From Candidatus Lustribacter sp. (GTDB lineage Bacteria > Vulcanimicrobiota > Vulcanimicrobiia > Vulcanimicrobiales > Vulcanimicrobiaceae): a DNA stretch of 64,000 bases. Positions 9,798-18,310 of this stretch are shown here, one piece after another. The stretch is from NCBI GenBank assembly GCA_965277805.1, contig OZ255842.1, positions 4,032,001 through 4,096,000 of the forward strand. The letters are read 5' to 3'. Position 1 is the first letter of the stretch; each line of letters begins with the position of its first letter. The notes below the pieces were generated by a model, which did not search any database, was not told where the DNA came from, and worked only from the letters and a program-made list of their open reading frames with translations. Position numbers and translations under genes: made by a program.

Positions 9798-11283
9798 TTC
9801 GATCTCGTCTCCTACGGCGCTCGCCGCCGTTGCTACGGCGTTTTGCGCGTTTGCACTTCACCTCGCCTTCCCGCGGACGGGTGCGTGGTGGCTGATTCCG
9901 TTTGCCTTGGCGGTCATGTTCCGCGTTTGGTCTGGGTTGCCGCTGTGGAGCGCCGCCTTGAACGGTTATGTGAGCGGGCTCGTCTTTTTCACGCTGTCGT
10001 TCTCGTGGTTCGGCGAAACCGCCGCCGCGCTGGTCGGCCCGCTCGGCTTCGTGATCGATCTCGGGCCCGCGCTCGGCGAAGCGCTGGCCTTCGCATTTAC
10101 GGCGCTCGTCGCATCGCTTGCGGCGCGTCGTTGCGCGCCGCTGCTGGCGCCGCTCGTGACGGCGGCGGCGTTCACCGCGGCCGAGTGGATGCGCTCGTCG
10201 GGCATCGTCGGCGTGCCGTTCGGCCAGCTCGGATTGCCGCTGATCGATAGCCCGCTGCGGCCGATCGCGGCATTTGCCGGCGGCTACGGCCTCACGTTCG
10301 TCGTTGCCGCGGTGGCCGCGTATTGCGCCGCTGCGGTGACGCAATCGCGCTTACGTCCTGCGGCAGCCGTTGCCGTCGCAGCCGCGGTGTTCGTCACGAT
10401 CGGCGCGTGGTTTGTCTGGCCCGCGCGCGTGCTCGCTACGCCGGCCACGCGCGTCGCCGCAATTCAAGGCAACATCGCGCAGTCGATCAAGGCAACGGAT
10501 TCGGCGCGTTTGCTCGCAGCGCAGCGCTATGCGCAGATGACGGAAGCGGTGGCCGCACAGCATCCGGCGTTCGTCGTGTGGCCCGAAACCGTCATCCTCA
10601 CCGACATGACGCGCGATACCGGCGCGCGCACGGCGTTCGGCGCGCTCGCGAAACGCCTCGGCTTCCCGATCTTCGTCGGCACCGTGACCAGCGACGCGCA
10701 AGGCCGCCTCTACAACACGTCGATGATCTTCGATCGCAGCGGCAACGTCGAAGCGCAGGTCGAGAAACGGCAACTCGTTCCGTTCGCTGAGTTTTTACCG
10801 GCGCCGCAATGGTTGCGCAACATTCCCGCGGTCAACGAAATCGGCAACTTCACCCAAGGCCACGGCCCGCAAATCGACCCCCTCACGCACGCGGGCGTGC
10901 TGATCTGCTGGGAATCGGTGTTCGGCGACATCGCGGTCGAAGCGGCGAACGCGGGCGCAACGTTCTTCGCGGTCGCGACCGACGACGCGTGGTTCGGGAC
11001 CAGCGACGGCCCCGCGCAGCACGCGCAAGCATCGACGCTGCGCGCGGTGGAAACCGGACGCTGGATCGTGCGCGCCGCATCGACCGGCATCAGCGGCATC
11101 ATCGCCCCCGACGGCACGTGGACGCAACGCAGCGAGCTTGCCACGCAGGCCACGATCGTCGGCGACATCGGCGCACCGGTCGACACGTTCTACACGCACA
11201 TCGGACCGCAGCCGATCGGGTTGGGCATGCTCGTCTTCGTCCTCCTCGCGCTCGCCATTCCGCAAAGGCGCAGCGACGCGTGA
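9730..11283 (+). CDS. lnt: Apolipoprotein N-acyltransferase (start uncertain)
   Basis: N-terminal TMs with 'LAFP'; 'IQGNI'; nitrilase triad WPE / KRQLVPFAE / ICWE; 'DAWFG'; 'RAVETGR'. Confidence 0.9.
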   Translation: MTIRPHAAAAIDAVSNAKPARRISISSPTALAAVATAFCAFALHLAFPRTGAWWLIPFALAVMFRVWSGLPLWSAALNGYVSGLVFFTLSFSWFGETAAALVGPLGFVIDLGPALGEALAFAFTALVASLAARRCAPLLAPLVTAAAFTAAEWMRSSGIVGVPFGQLGLPLIDSPLRPIAAFAGGYGLTFVVAAVAAYCAAAVTQSRLRPAAAVAVAAAVFVTIGAWFVWPARVLATPATRVAAIQGNIAQSIKATDSARLLAAQRYAQMTEAVAAQHPAFVVWPETVILTDMTRDTGARTAFGALAKRLGFPIFVGTVTSDAQGRLYNTSMIFDRSGNVEAQVEKRQLVPFAEFLPAPQWLRNIPAVNEIGNFTQGHGPQIDPLTHAGVLICWESVFGDIAVEAANAGATFFAVATDDAWFGTSDGPAQHAQASTLRAVETGRWIVRAASTGISGIIAPDGTWTQRSELATQATIVGDIGAPVDTFYTHIGPQPIGLGMLVFVLLALAIPQRRSDA

Positions 11284-11816
11284 ATGCATCACGGTGGCGC
11301 ATCATCGCGGCACTCGTCGTGGTTGCCGTGCTGGGTTGGCTCGCGTGGCAAACGGTGCACGCCGGCAGCGACATTCCCTCCCAGAACGGAACGTCGCAAA
11401 CGAAACTCTCCGGCGGCAGCGCGAACGACAAACGCATCGACGGCAAGTCGTGGTCGCTCGATTACGATACCGCCACGCTCTCGCCCGACGGCTCGCTCGC
11501 GGAGATCAGCAACGTGCACGACGGCGTGATCTTGCGCGACGGCAAGCCGTACATGCGGATGACGGCCAAGCACGTATCGGCCAACCTCAGCTTCAACGAC
11601 TTCGTGGTGAGCGGCCCGGTGTCGTTCGTCGAGATCGGCGGCCAGCGCCGTCAGCTCGACACCGACGAAGCTCACTACTCCGGCAACGACCACATCCTGC
11701 ACCTCGACCACACGACGACCATCCGCGCCGGCGGGATGACGTTTCACGTCGCCAAAGCGGTCGTGAACTTCACCACCGGCGATACGAAGCTCGGACGGAT
11801 CACCGGCACGCTCTAG
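11280..11816 (+). CDS. LptC-like periplasmic LPS export protein
   Basis: Single N-terminal TM then beta-jellyroll-like region; GTGA overlap with lnt; Lpt gene context. Confidence 0.6.
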   Translation: MNASRWRIIAALVVVAVLGWLAWQTVHAGSDIPSQNGTSQTKLSGGSANDKRIDGKSWSLDYDTATLSPDGSLAEISNVHDGVILRDGKPYMRMTAKHVSANLSFNDFVVSGPVSFVEIGGQRRQLDTDEAHYSGNDHILHLDHTTTIRAGGMTFHVAKAVVNFTTGDTKLGRITGTL

Positions 11817-11830
11817 GGAAGAGGGCCGCT

Positions 11831-12367
11831 ATGCGTTTCGTGCGATCGGCCGCCATCGTCGCGGCGCTCTTGTCGTTGTCCGTCTCCGCGCCGGCATTCG
11901 CCGAAGGGGTGCCCGGATTTACGGCCACCGACAAGCCGCTCATCGAACAGCGCGGCTTACCGATGAGCGAACAGGAGGCGATGGAACGCATCACGTTCCA
12001 TCCGTTCGTGCCCACGCCGAACTACGCCGAGGTCGCGCTCTTACCGGCCCTGCACGGCGACGATAAGGAAAACCCCGAGAACCGCGGCATCGGCTACGAG
12101 TACGTTTCGGGCGGCCAGGCGTATATTCTGCGCGAGTGGCCGCTGGCGGGCGCGTCGTTCGATAAGTACCCATCGATCCCACCGACCGGTTCGTGCACGA
12201 CCGGACACTTCACCGAGGGCACGGTCCGGCATATGCGTGCCCTCGCCTGGACCACGAGTACCCTGGGATTCGCACTTCAGCCGGACATTCCGCAGGGCGG
12301 CAACCCGAACTTGACCGAGCTGCGAAAAGAATGGTCGCGGCTGGTCAAGCGCGGCGCCTGCCGCTAA
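11831..12367 (+). CDS. Hypothetical secreted protein
   Basis: Signal peptide ending 'SAPAFA'; purine-rich SD-like sequence upstream. Confidence 0.7.
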   Translation: MRFVRSAAIVAALLSLSVSAPAFAEGVPGFTATDKPLIEQRGLPMSEQEAMERITFHPFVPTPNYAEVALLPALHGDDKENPENRGIGYEYVSGGQAYILREWPLAGASFDKYPSIPPTGSCTTGHFTEGTVRHMRALAWTTSTLGFALQPDIPQGGNPNLTELRKEWSRLVKRGACR

Positions 12368-12371
12368 GCTG

Positions 12372-12722
12372 CTAGGACTTTTCTTCTTCGGCTGCCTTCG
12401 CGGCAGCCGCGCTCTTCGCGTCGGCGATCAGCTTTTTGACCTTCTGACCGCCCTTGTGACCGATTTGTTCGTAGAAGTCGGGACCGTACTTTTCCTTGAC
12501 GACCTTGCCGCCTTTTTGGCCGATCGCTTCATAGAAGCCGGCGCCGTGGCGCTCACGAGTCGCCTCTCCACCCTTGCGGCCGATCTCTTCATAGAACCCC
12601 GACCCGTAGCGGTTCCGAACGGTGTCGCCACCCTTCTTCCCCGCCTCACGGACGGACATTTCGCCCTCAGGGTTATCGGCTTTCTTGGGCTTTTTCGGCT
12701 TCGGCTGCTCCTCTTCGGGCAT
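12372..12722 (-). CDS. KGG-repeat general stress protein (GsiB/YciG/Em-like)
   Basis: Repeated 'FYEEIGRKGGE' units and 'MSVREAGKKGG'. Confidence 0.85.
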   Translation of the reverse strand: MPEEEQPKPKKPKKADNPEGEMSVREAGKKGGDTVRNRYGSGFYEEIGRKGGEATRERHGAGFYEAIGQKGGKVVKEKYGPDFYEQIGHKGGQKVKKLIADAKSAAAAKAAEEEKS

Positions 12723-12724
12723 AC

Positions 12725-12946
12725 CTATACGTCAGCCGGGGAACGCTTAGGCTTCTGGCCGCCCTTCGCGCCGATCTCCTCATAGAACGTGGGACCGTAC
12801 TTGGACTTGGTTGCCTCTCCGCCCTTACGACCGATCGCTTCGTAGAATTCCGACCCGTATTTCTCTTTCACGCGGTCGCCGCCGCGCTTACCGGCCTCGC
12901 GCACGCTCATCCCGCCGCCGTTGGAGTTGTTGTCAGTTGTAGACAT
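12725..12946 (-). CDS. KGG-repeat general stress protein (GsiB/YciG/Em-like)
   Basis: 'MSVREAGKRGG', 'FYEAIGRKGGE', 'FYEEIGAKGG'. Confidence 0.85.
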   Translation of the reverse strand: MSTTDNNSNGGGMSVREAGKRGGDRVKEKYGSEFYEAIGRKGGEATKSKYGPTFYEEIGAKGGQKPKRSPADV

Positions 12947-13006
12947 GATCTGACCTGTATCCCCTCTAAAGCTGTCCTGCGCGGCTCTCGCTAGCGCGGT
13001 CTACCC

Positions 13007-13031
13007 GTACCCGGCGAAGGCTAGGCTAAAC
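13007..13031 (-). promoter_or_regulatory. Putative SigB/SigF-type general-stress promoter for the KGG genes
   Basis: Minus strand GTTTAG-N13-GGGTAC, close to the sigma-B consensus GTTTAA-N12-14-GGGTAT, upstream of GsiB-like genes. Confidence 0.55.
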
Positions 13032-13032
13032 G

Positions 13033-14628
13033 CTGTTACACACGATTTTCTCGCATGCCCAGATCATCGACGGACTCGGTACGCCGCCGTTCGTAACCGA
13101 CGTCGCGACATACAAGGGCCGAATTGCCCTAATTGGCGATTGCTCCGGCCGCGACGCTCACGAAACGGTCGATTGCACGGACATGGCGCTCGCGCCGGGC
13201 TTCATTGACGTGCATTCCCATTCCGACGAGTTATGGCTCGTCGACGGCCGCGCATTGGGGAAAATTTCCCAGGGCGTGACCACCGAGATCGGCGGTAATT
13301 GCGGCACGTCCGTTGCACCGCTCCACGGTGAAGCGCGCGCGCGCAAAATGCGCGATGCGCGCACCTATCGCCTCGACGTCGACTGGACGACGTTCGACGA
13401 ATTCTTCGGCGCGGTCGAACGCAGCGGCGTCGCATGCAACGTTGCCTCGCTCGTCGGTCTCGGCACGACGCGCGCGTGTATCAGCGGCGTCAGCGATCGC
13501 CGGCTCGAGCGCGAAGAACTTGAAGCGCAAACGCTGCTCGTGCGCGAAGCCGTGGAGCAGGGCGCGCTCGGCGTGTCGAGCGGGTTGATCTATGAGCCCT
13601 CGCGCTATGCCGATCTCGCCGAGCTCGCGGCGTGCGCCGCCGTCGCGCGCGAAGCCGGCGCCGCGCGCTACGTTTCGCACGTGCGCGACGAAGGCGACGG
13701 TTTGATCGAAGCGATCGACGAAGCGCTGGCGGTCGGCAATGCGGCCGGCGTCGCCGTGCGCTGCTCGCACCACAAAGCGGCCGGCAAGCGAAACTGGGGC
13801 AAGGTGCATCGCACGCTCGCCACGATCGACCACGCGCGCATCCGCGGCGCCGACGTTGCGATCGATGCGTATCCGTACGTGGCGAGCTGGACCGAGCTCG
13901 CGACCATTCTGCCCGATGCGATTCGCCGCGGCGGCGAAGCGGCGACGCTCGAACGCTTGCGCGATCCGGCGATTGCGGCGTCGACCGCGATGCTGCTGCA
14001 GTTCGCGCGCGATCCGTCCACCGGCGGCGATAGCTGGCACGACATCCTCATCACCGATACGGGCTCCGATCGCAACGCCGCGTTCGCGGGGTACCGGCTC
14101 GACGAACTTGCCGCGCATTGGCGCCTCTCGCCGGCGCGAGCCGCGATTCGCCTGTTGGTGGAGGAAGAGCTGCGCGTCGACTGCGCGTTTTTCTCGATGT
14201 CCGAAGACGACGTGGCGGCGGTGTTGACCGCGGATTTCTGCTGCATCGGCAGCGACGCGTCGGCGCGCGCGTTCGAAGGCGCGACGGCGCGCGGCGTGCC
14301 GCACCCGCGCACCTACGGCTGCTTCCCGCGCGTCTTCGGGCGCTTCGTGCGCGGACGCCAACTCTTCTCGGTGGAAGAAGCCGTGCGACGCATGACGTCG
14401 CTGCCGGCGCAACTCTTCGGCATCGCGAACCGCGGCGAAATCAGCGAAGGGGCATGGGCCGACCTCGTCGTGTTCGACCCGCGCCGCATCATCGATCGCG
14501 CAACCTACGAACGCCCGTTCGTGCCGCCCGAGGGACTTCGCGACTGCTTCGTCAACGGAACGGCGGTGTTGCGAAATGGCGGCTACACCGGAGCGCGCCC
14601 CGGACGCGTTTTGCGCGGCGGACGATGA
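13033..14628 (+). CDS. N-acyl-D-amino-acid deacylase (D-aminoacylase family amidohydrolase)
   Basis: 'PGFIDVHSHSD', 'QGVTTEIGGNCG', 'PHPRTYGCFPR'; conserved N-terminal 'QIIDGLG...DVA' lies upstream of ATG 13183, implying a CTG start at 13033. Confidence 0.88.
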   Translation: MLHTIFSHAQIIDGLGTPPFVTDVATYKGRIALIGDCSGRDAHETVDCTDMALAPGFIDVHSHSDELWLVDGRALGKISQGVTTEIGGNCGTSVAPLHGEARARKMRDARTYRLDVDWTTFDEFFGAVERSGVACNVASLVGLGTTRACISGVSDRRLEREELEAQTLLVREAVEQGALGVSSGLIYEPSRYADLAELAACAAVAREAGAARYVSHVRDEGDGLIEAIDEALAVGNAAGVAVRCSHHKAAGKRNWGKVHRTLATIDHARIRGADVAIDAYPYVASWTELATILPDAIRRGGEAATLERLRDPAIAASTAMLLQFARDPSTGGDSWHDILITDTGSDRNAAFAGYRLDELAAHWRLSPARAAIRLLVEEELRVDCAFFSMSEDDVAAVLTADFCCIGSDASARAFEGATARGVPHPRTYGCFPRVFGRFVRGRQLFSVEEAVRRMTSLPAQLFGIANRGEISEGAWADLVVFDPRRIIDRATYERPFVPPEGLRDCFVNGTAVLRNGGYTGARPGRVLRGGR

Positions 14629-15326
14629 ATCGGGCGGATTTTATCGCGGTTACGGCAGCCGCCACCGCCGCACCGGCGCCGGCGCCCCGTCCCACGCGCG
14701 AACCCGCGATCGTTGCGGTCGTGACCCTGCAGCGCGATGCAACCGCACTGCTCGCACCGTTCGTCGTCGCGATCGCGCTGAATAATACGACGGGGAAAAC
14801 GGTCCGGCTCGATTTTCCCACCGCCGATCTCTTTCGCATCGACGTGATCCGCGACGACTCGCCGGTGTGGTCGTCGCTCAGCCAGCACAAGCCGATCCCG
14901 ATCAACCGTCAGCTCGACGTACCCCCCGGCACGACGAAGCTCGCGAGCATGACGATCGACGGCACGACGGATGACCGGCGCTCGTACGCGCCGGGCAAGT
15001 ACATCGTGCGCGTCGCGATGCTCGGCACGTCGTTCGGCATGATCGTCGACAAAGCGATCGAGTTCGCGCAGCCGGTGACGGTCGCCGATGCGCTCAAGGA
15101 AAAGCCCGGCACCGTCGTCACGATCGCGGGCGAGCAGATCTCGTTCGGCGGCAGCGTGTATTTGCGCGACACGACCGGCAGCGTGCACCTCGCGCGCTCG
15201 CTGGGCTTGCATCCGACCGGAACGTTTATCGTTCGCGGTTTTCTGGATGCATCGGGCGACGATCGCATCTTTGACGTCGGGCGCTTCGCGCCGGCCTTCG
15301 ACAACCCGCCACTTCCGTCACCGTAA
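14625..15326 (+). CDS. Exported protein with BsuPI-like (proteinase inhibitor, Ig-like) domain
   Basis: Tat-like 'MNRADFIA'; 'IALNNTTGKTVRLDFPTADLFRIDVIRDDSPVWS' resembles BsuPI; ATGA overlap. Confidence 0.5.
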   Translation: MNRADFIAVTAAATAAPAPAPRPTREPAIVAVVTLQRDATALLAPFVVAIALNNTTGKTVRLDFPTADLFRIDVIRDDSPVWSSLSQHKPIPINRQLDVPPGTTKLASMTIDGTTDDRRSYAPGKYIVRVAMLGTSFGMIVDKAIEFAQPVTVADALKEKPGTVVTIAGEQISFGGSVYLRDTTGSVHLARSLGLHPTGTFIVRGFLDASGDDRIFDVGRFAPAFDNPPLPSP

Positions 15327-15335
15327 GGAGCCTCG

Positions 15336-16397
15336 ATGCACGACTGCCATCCCCAGTCTCATTCGCGATTGAACTTTCTTGCTGCCACGGGTGCGGCGGC
15401 AACGATGTTGCTTCCGGGGACGCGCGCGGTGGCGCAAGCGCCGGCACAGCGCAAGCTGATCGACGTTCACCATCATCACTACCCGCCGGAATTGATGGCG
15501 GTAGCGAACGCGTGGCAGGCGAAACACTCGCTGCCGCCGATCGGACCGGCGTTCTGGACGCCGGAGAAGTCGATGACGGACATGGACGCCAACGGCACGA
15601 CGACGGCGATCCTCTCGCTCTCATCGCCGCACGGCGTCTGGTTCGATGCGGATCCGGCCGCGATTCCCGCGCTCGCGCGCGCCTGCAATGACTACGCGAT
15701 GAAGATGATCAAGGATCATCCCGGCCGCTACGGTGTCTTCGCGGCACTGCCGATGCCCGACGTGGATGCGAGTCTCAAAGAAGTCGCCTATGCGTTCGAC
15801 ACCTTGCATGCCGACGGCATCGGTTTGCCCACGAGCTTCGGCAACCGTTGGCCCGGCGATGCCGCGTTCGCGCCGCTGTGGGCCGAACTCAACCGCCGCA
15901 AAGCGATGGTCGTCTTTCATCCCTATGCGCCGAATTGCTGCGGCGGGCTGCAGCCCGACGTTGCCGAGTCATTGCTGGAGTATCCCTACGATACCGGGCG
16001 CACGTTCCTCAGTTTGCTGCTGAGCGGCACGCTGGCGAAATACCGCGACGTGCGCTGGACGCTCTGTCACGGTGGCGGCGCGTTGCCGTATCTAGCCGGC
16101 CGGATCGAAACGCTCGAAGCAAACTCGCACGCGAAGCTCGACGTCATTGCACCCAACGGCGTCCGTGCCGAACTCAAGCGCATGTACTACGATACGGCCA
16201 ACGCCACGTTCCCCGCGACGATGGCCGCATTGCTCAAAGAGATTCCGATCTCGCAGATCATGTTCGGCACCGACTATCCCTACGTGACCGGTAAACAGAA
16301 CCTCGGCCCGCTAGAATCCCAAGGGATCTCCGCGAGCGATCTCGCCGCGATCGAAAGCGGGAACGCGATGCGGCTCATCCCGCGCCTACGCGCGTAA
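15336..16397 (+). CDS. Amidohydrolase-2 family protein (aromatic acid decarboxylase/hydrolase-like)
   Basis: 'IDVHHH', 'VFHP', 'HGGGALPY', 'YYDTA', 'FGTDYPY'; Tat-like leader. Confidence 0.85.
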   Translation: MHDCHPQSHSRLNFLAATGAAATMLLPGTRAVAQAPAQRKLIDVHHHHYPPELMAVANAWQAKHSLPPIGPAFWTPEKSMTDMDANGTTTAILSLSSPHGVWFDADPAAIPALARACNDYAMKMIKDHPGRYGVFAALPMPDVDASLKEVAYAFDTLHADGIGLPTSFGNRWPGDAAFAPLWAELNRRKAMVVFHPYAPNCCGGLQPDVAESLLEYPYDTGRTFLSLLLSGTLAKYRDVRWTLCHGGGALPYLAGRIETLEANSHAKLDVIAPNGVRAELKRMYYDTANATFPATMAALLKEIPISQIMFGTDYPYVTGKQNLGPLESQGISASDLAAIESGNAMRLIPRLRA

Positions 16398-17192
16398 GAG
16401 CGCTTCGCGCGTCCGGTCGTCGGCGGGTGCGTACACCGTCATCCGCACGGCCCCGCCGGCATTGGGCGCGAAGGTCGTGTACGTGTAGCGTACGCGGCCG
16501 AGCGCCGGGTGATCGAGTTCCATCAGCCCGGGCGTGCGTTCGTGCACGATGTGCTCGTTCCACCACCGTTCGAAGATCGCGCTCTCGCAACACCGCTCGA
16601 TGAGCGGCCCGAAGCGCCGATCGTCTTTGTGGCGCCCGTAACTGGCGCGGAATTCCGCGATGAAACGATGCGCGTGCCGCTCCCAATCGACGAATTGCTC
16701 GCGCCGTTCGGGCGTGGTGAAGAAATCGTAGACCACATTGCGCGAGGTTTCGGGCAGCGCACCGTAATCGATCAAGCCGCGCGCGGCGGCATCGCTCCAC
16801 GCCAGCACGTCCCAGCAATGGTTGGTGAGGTAGACGGCGTTCGTCCCCATGCCGCGCAGCATTTGCTGCAACTCGATCGACACGTCTTCGCTGCCCGAAC
16901 GTTTGCGCGGCGTTTGTTCGGCGAGCTGAAAGAGATGCGCCCGTTCGCCCTCGTCGAGCCGCAGCGCGTCGGCGATGCGCGTCAACGCCGCCGCCGAAAC
17001 CCGGATCCGGCGGCCCTGCTCGAGCCAGGTGTACCACGCCGTGCTGATGTCCGATGCAGCGGCGACTTCCTCGCGCGTGAGGCCGGACGTGCGGCGGCGG
17101 CGCGCGGCACCGGCGACCGGTTCCGGTTCGAGCCGTGCGCGCCGCGACCGTAGGAAGTTCGCCAACTCGTCGCGCCGCAGCTGTTGCTCCAT
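16386..17192 (-). CDS. XRE-family regulator with MmyB-like ligand-binding domain
   Basis: 'LANFLRSRRARL', 'RRRTSGLTREEVA', 'WYTWLEQGR', 'HPALG'. Confidence 0.9.
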   Translation of the reverse strand: MEQQLRRDELANFLRSRRARLEPEPVAGAARRRRTSGLTREEVAAASDISTAWYTWLEQGRRIRVSAAALTRIADALRLDEGERAHLFQLAEQTPRKRSGSEDVSIELQQMLRGMGTNAVYLTNHCWDVLAWSDAAARGLIDYGALPETSRNVVYDFFTTPERREQFVDWERHAHRFIAEFRASYGRHKDDRRFGPLIERCCESAIFERWWNEHIVHERTPGLMELDHPALGRVRYTYTTFAPNAGGAVRMTVYAPADDRTREALLRA

Positions 17193-17197
17193 CGCCG

Positions 17198-18310
17198 CTA
17201 CTTCAGCGCCGCGACCGCGGCGGACTTGAACACGATCCCGCGTTCCGCGATGACCTCGAGCGAAACGGCGTCGCCGGCCGCGAGCGTGACCGCCCGTTCG
17301 GTCGCGAATTCGACCACCGCACCGGCGAGATCGCCCGCGTACTGCCGGCGGCCACCGACGTATTGCACCTCGCGCACGCTCACGGGCAGGCCCGCTCCGC
17401 TGTTGCCGACGGTGAAATCCTCGGGCCGGAGCATCAGCATCGCCGCTTCGCCGGGGGCGAACTCGCCGGCCGCCGACGCGTTCATCGCGTACCGGCCCGC
17501 GCCGGCGGTCACGGCGACGCGCGATCCGTTCGTGCCCTCGATCACGCGTTCGACCGTGCACGGCACGAAGTTCGCTTTGCCGAGAAACCAGCTGACGAAC
17601 GGGGTCGCCGGGCGCTCGTAGATTTCTTCGGGGACGCCGATCTGTTCGATCGTGCCCTCGCGCAGCACGGCGATGCGGTCCGAGAGCATCAGCGCCTCCG
17701 ACTGATCGTGCGTGACGTAAACGGCCGCGATGTTCGTGCGTAATTGGATCTTGCGCAGTTCCGCGCCCATCTCGAGCCGCAGCTTCTGATCGAGGTTGCT
17801 CAGCGGTTCGTCGAGCAGCAAGAGCTTGGGCGAGAACACCAGCGCGCGCGCGATCGCGACGCGCTGTTGCTGACCGCCGCTGAGTTCGGTCGCATTACGG
17901 CGCGCGTAGTCACTCAAGCCGACGAGGGCGAGCATGTCGTCGACCGCCGCCGCGATCTCGCGTTCGGGTTTGTGCCGCACGCGTAGCGGATAGGCCACGT
18001 TTTCGCGCACGGTCATGTGCGGCCAGATCGCGTAGGATTGGAACACCATGCCGAGCTCGCGCCCTTCGGGCGGCACGTGCACGCCGGCGGCCGGATCCGT
18101 CACGCAGCGATCGCCGATGTAAATCGCACCCGCCGCGGCTTCGGCGAGGCCCGCAATCGTGCGCAGGATCGTCGACTTCCCGCAGCCGCTGGGTCCCAGC
18201 AGCGTGAGGAATTCGCCGTCGCGCGCTTCCAACGAAACGCCGTGCACGACCTCCGTTCCGCCGTACGCGACGGAGAGCGCATCGATGCGAAGCCGGGATG
18301 CTGCGCTCAT
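17198..18310 (-). CDS. ABC transporter ATP-binding protein (FbpC/PotA-like)
   Basis: Walker A GPSGCGKS, LSGGQQQR signature, LLLLDEP, TOBE-like C-terminus. Confidence 0.93.
   Translation of the reverse strand: MSAASRLRIDALSVAYGGTEVVHGVSLEARDGEFLTLLGPSGCGKSTILRTIAGLAEAAAGAIYIGDRCVTDPAAGVHVPPEGRELGMVFQSYAIWPHMTVRENVAYPLRVRHKPEREIAAAVDDMLALVGLSDYARRNATELSGGQQQRVAIARALVFSPKLLLLDEPLSNLDQKLRLEMGAELRKIQLRTNIAAVYVTHDQSEALMLSDRIAVLREGTIEQIGVPEEIYERPATPFVSWFLGKANFVPCTVERVIEGTNGSRVAVTAGAGRYAMNASAAGEFAPGEAAMLMLRPEDFTVGNSGAGLPVSVREVQYVGGRRQYAGDLAGAVVEFATERAVTLAAGDAVSLEVIAERGIVFKSAAVAALK

Noticed and set aside
12372-12946. Periodic nucleotide repeats that might suggest a CRISPR array
   Set aside because: They are degenerate coding repeats of KGG motifs; no identical repeats with unique spacers and no cas genes
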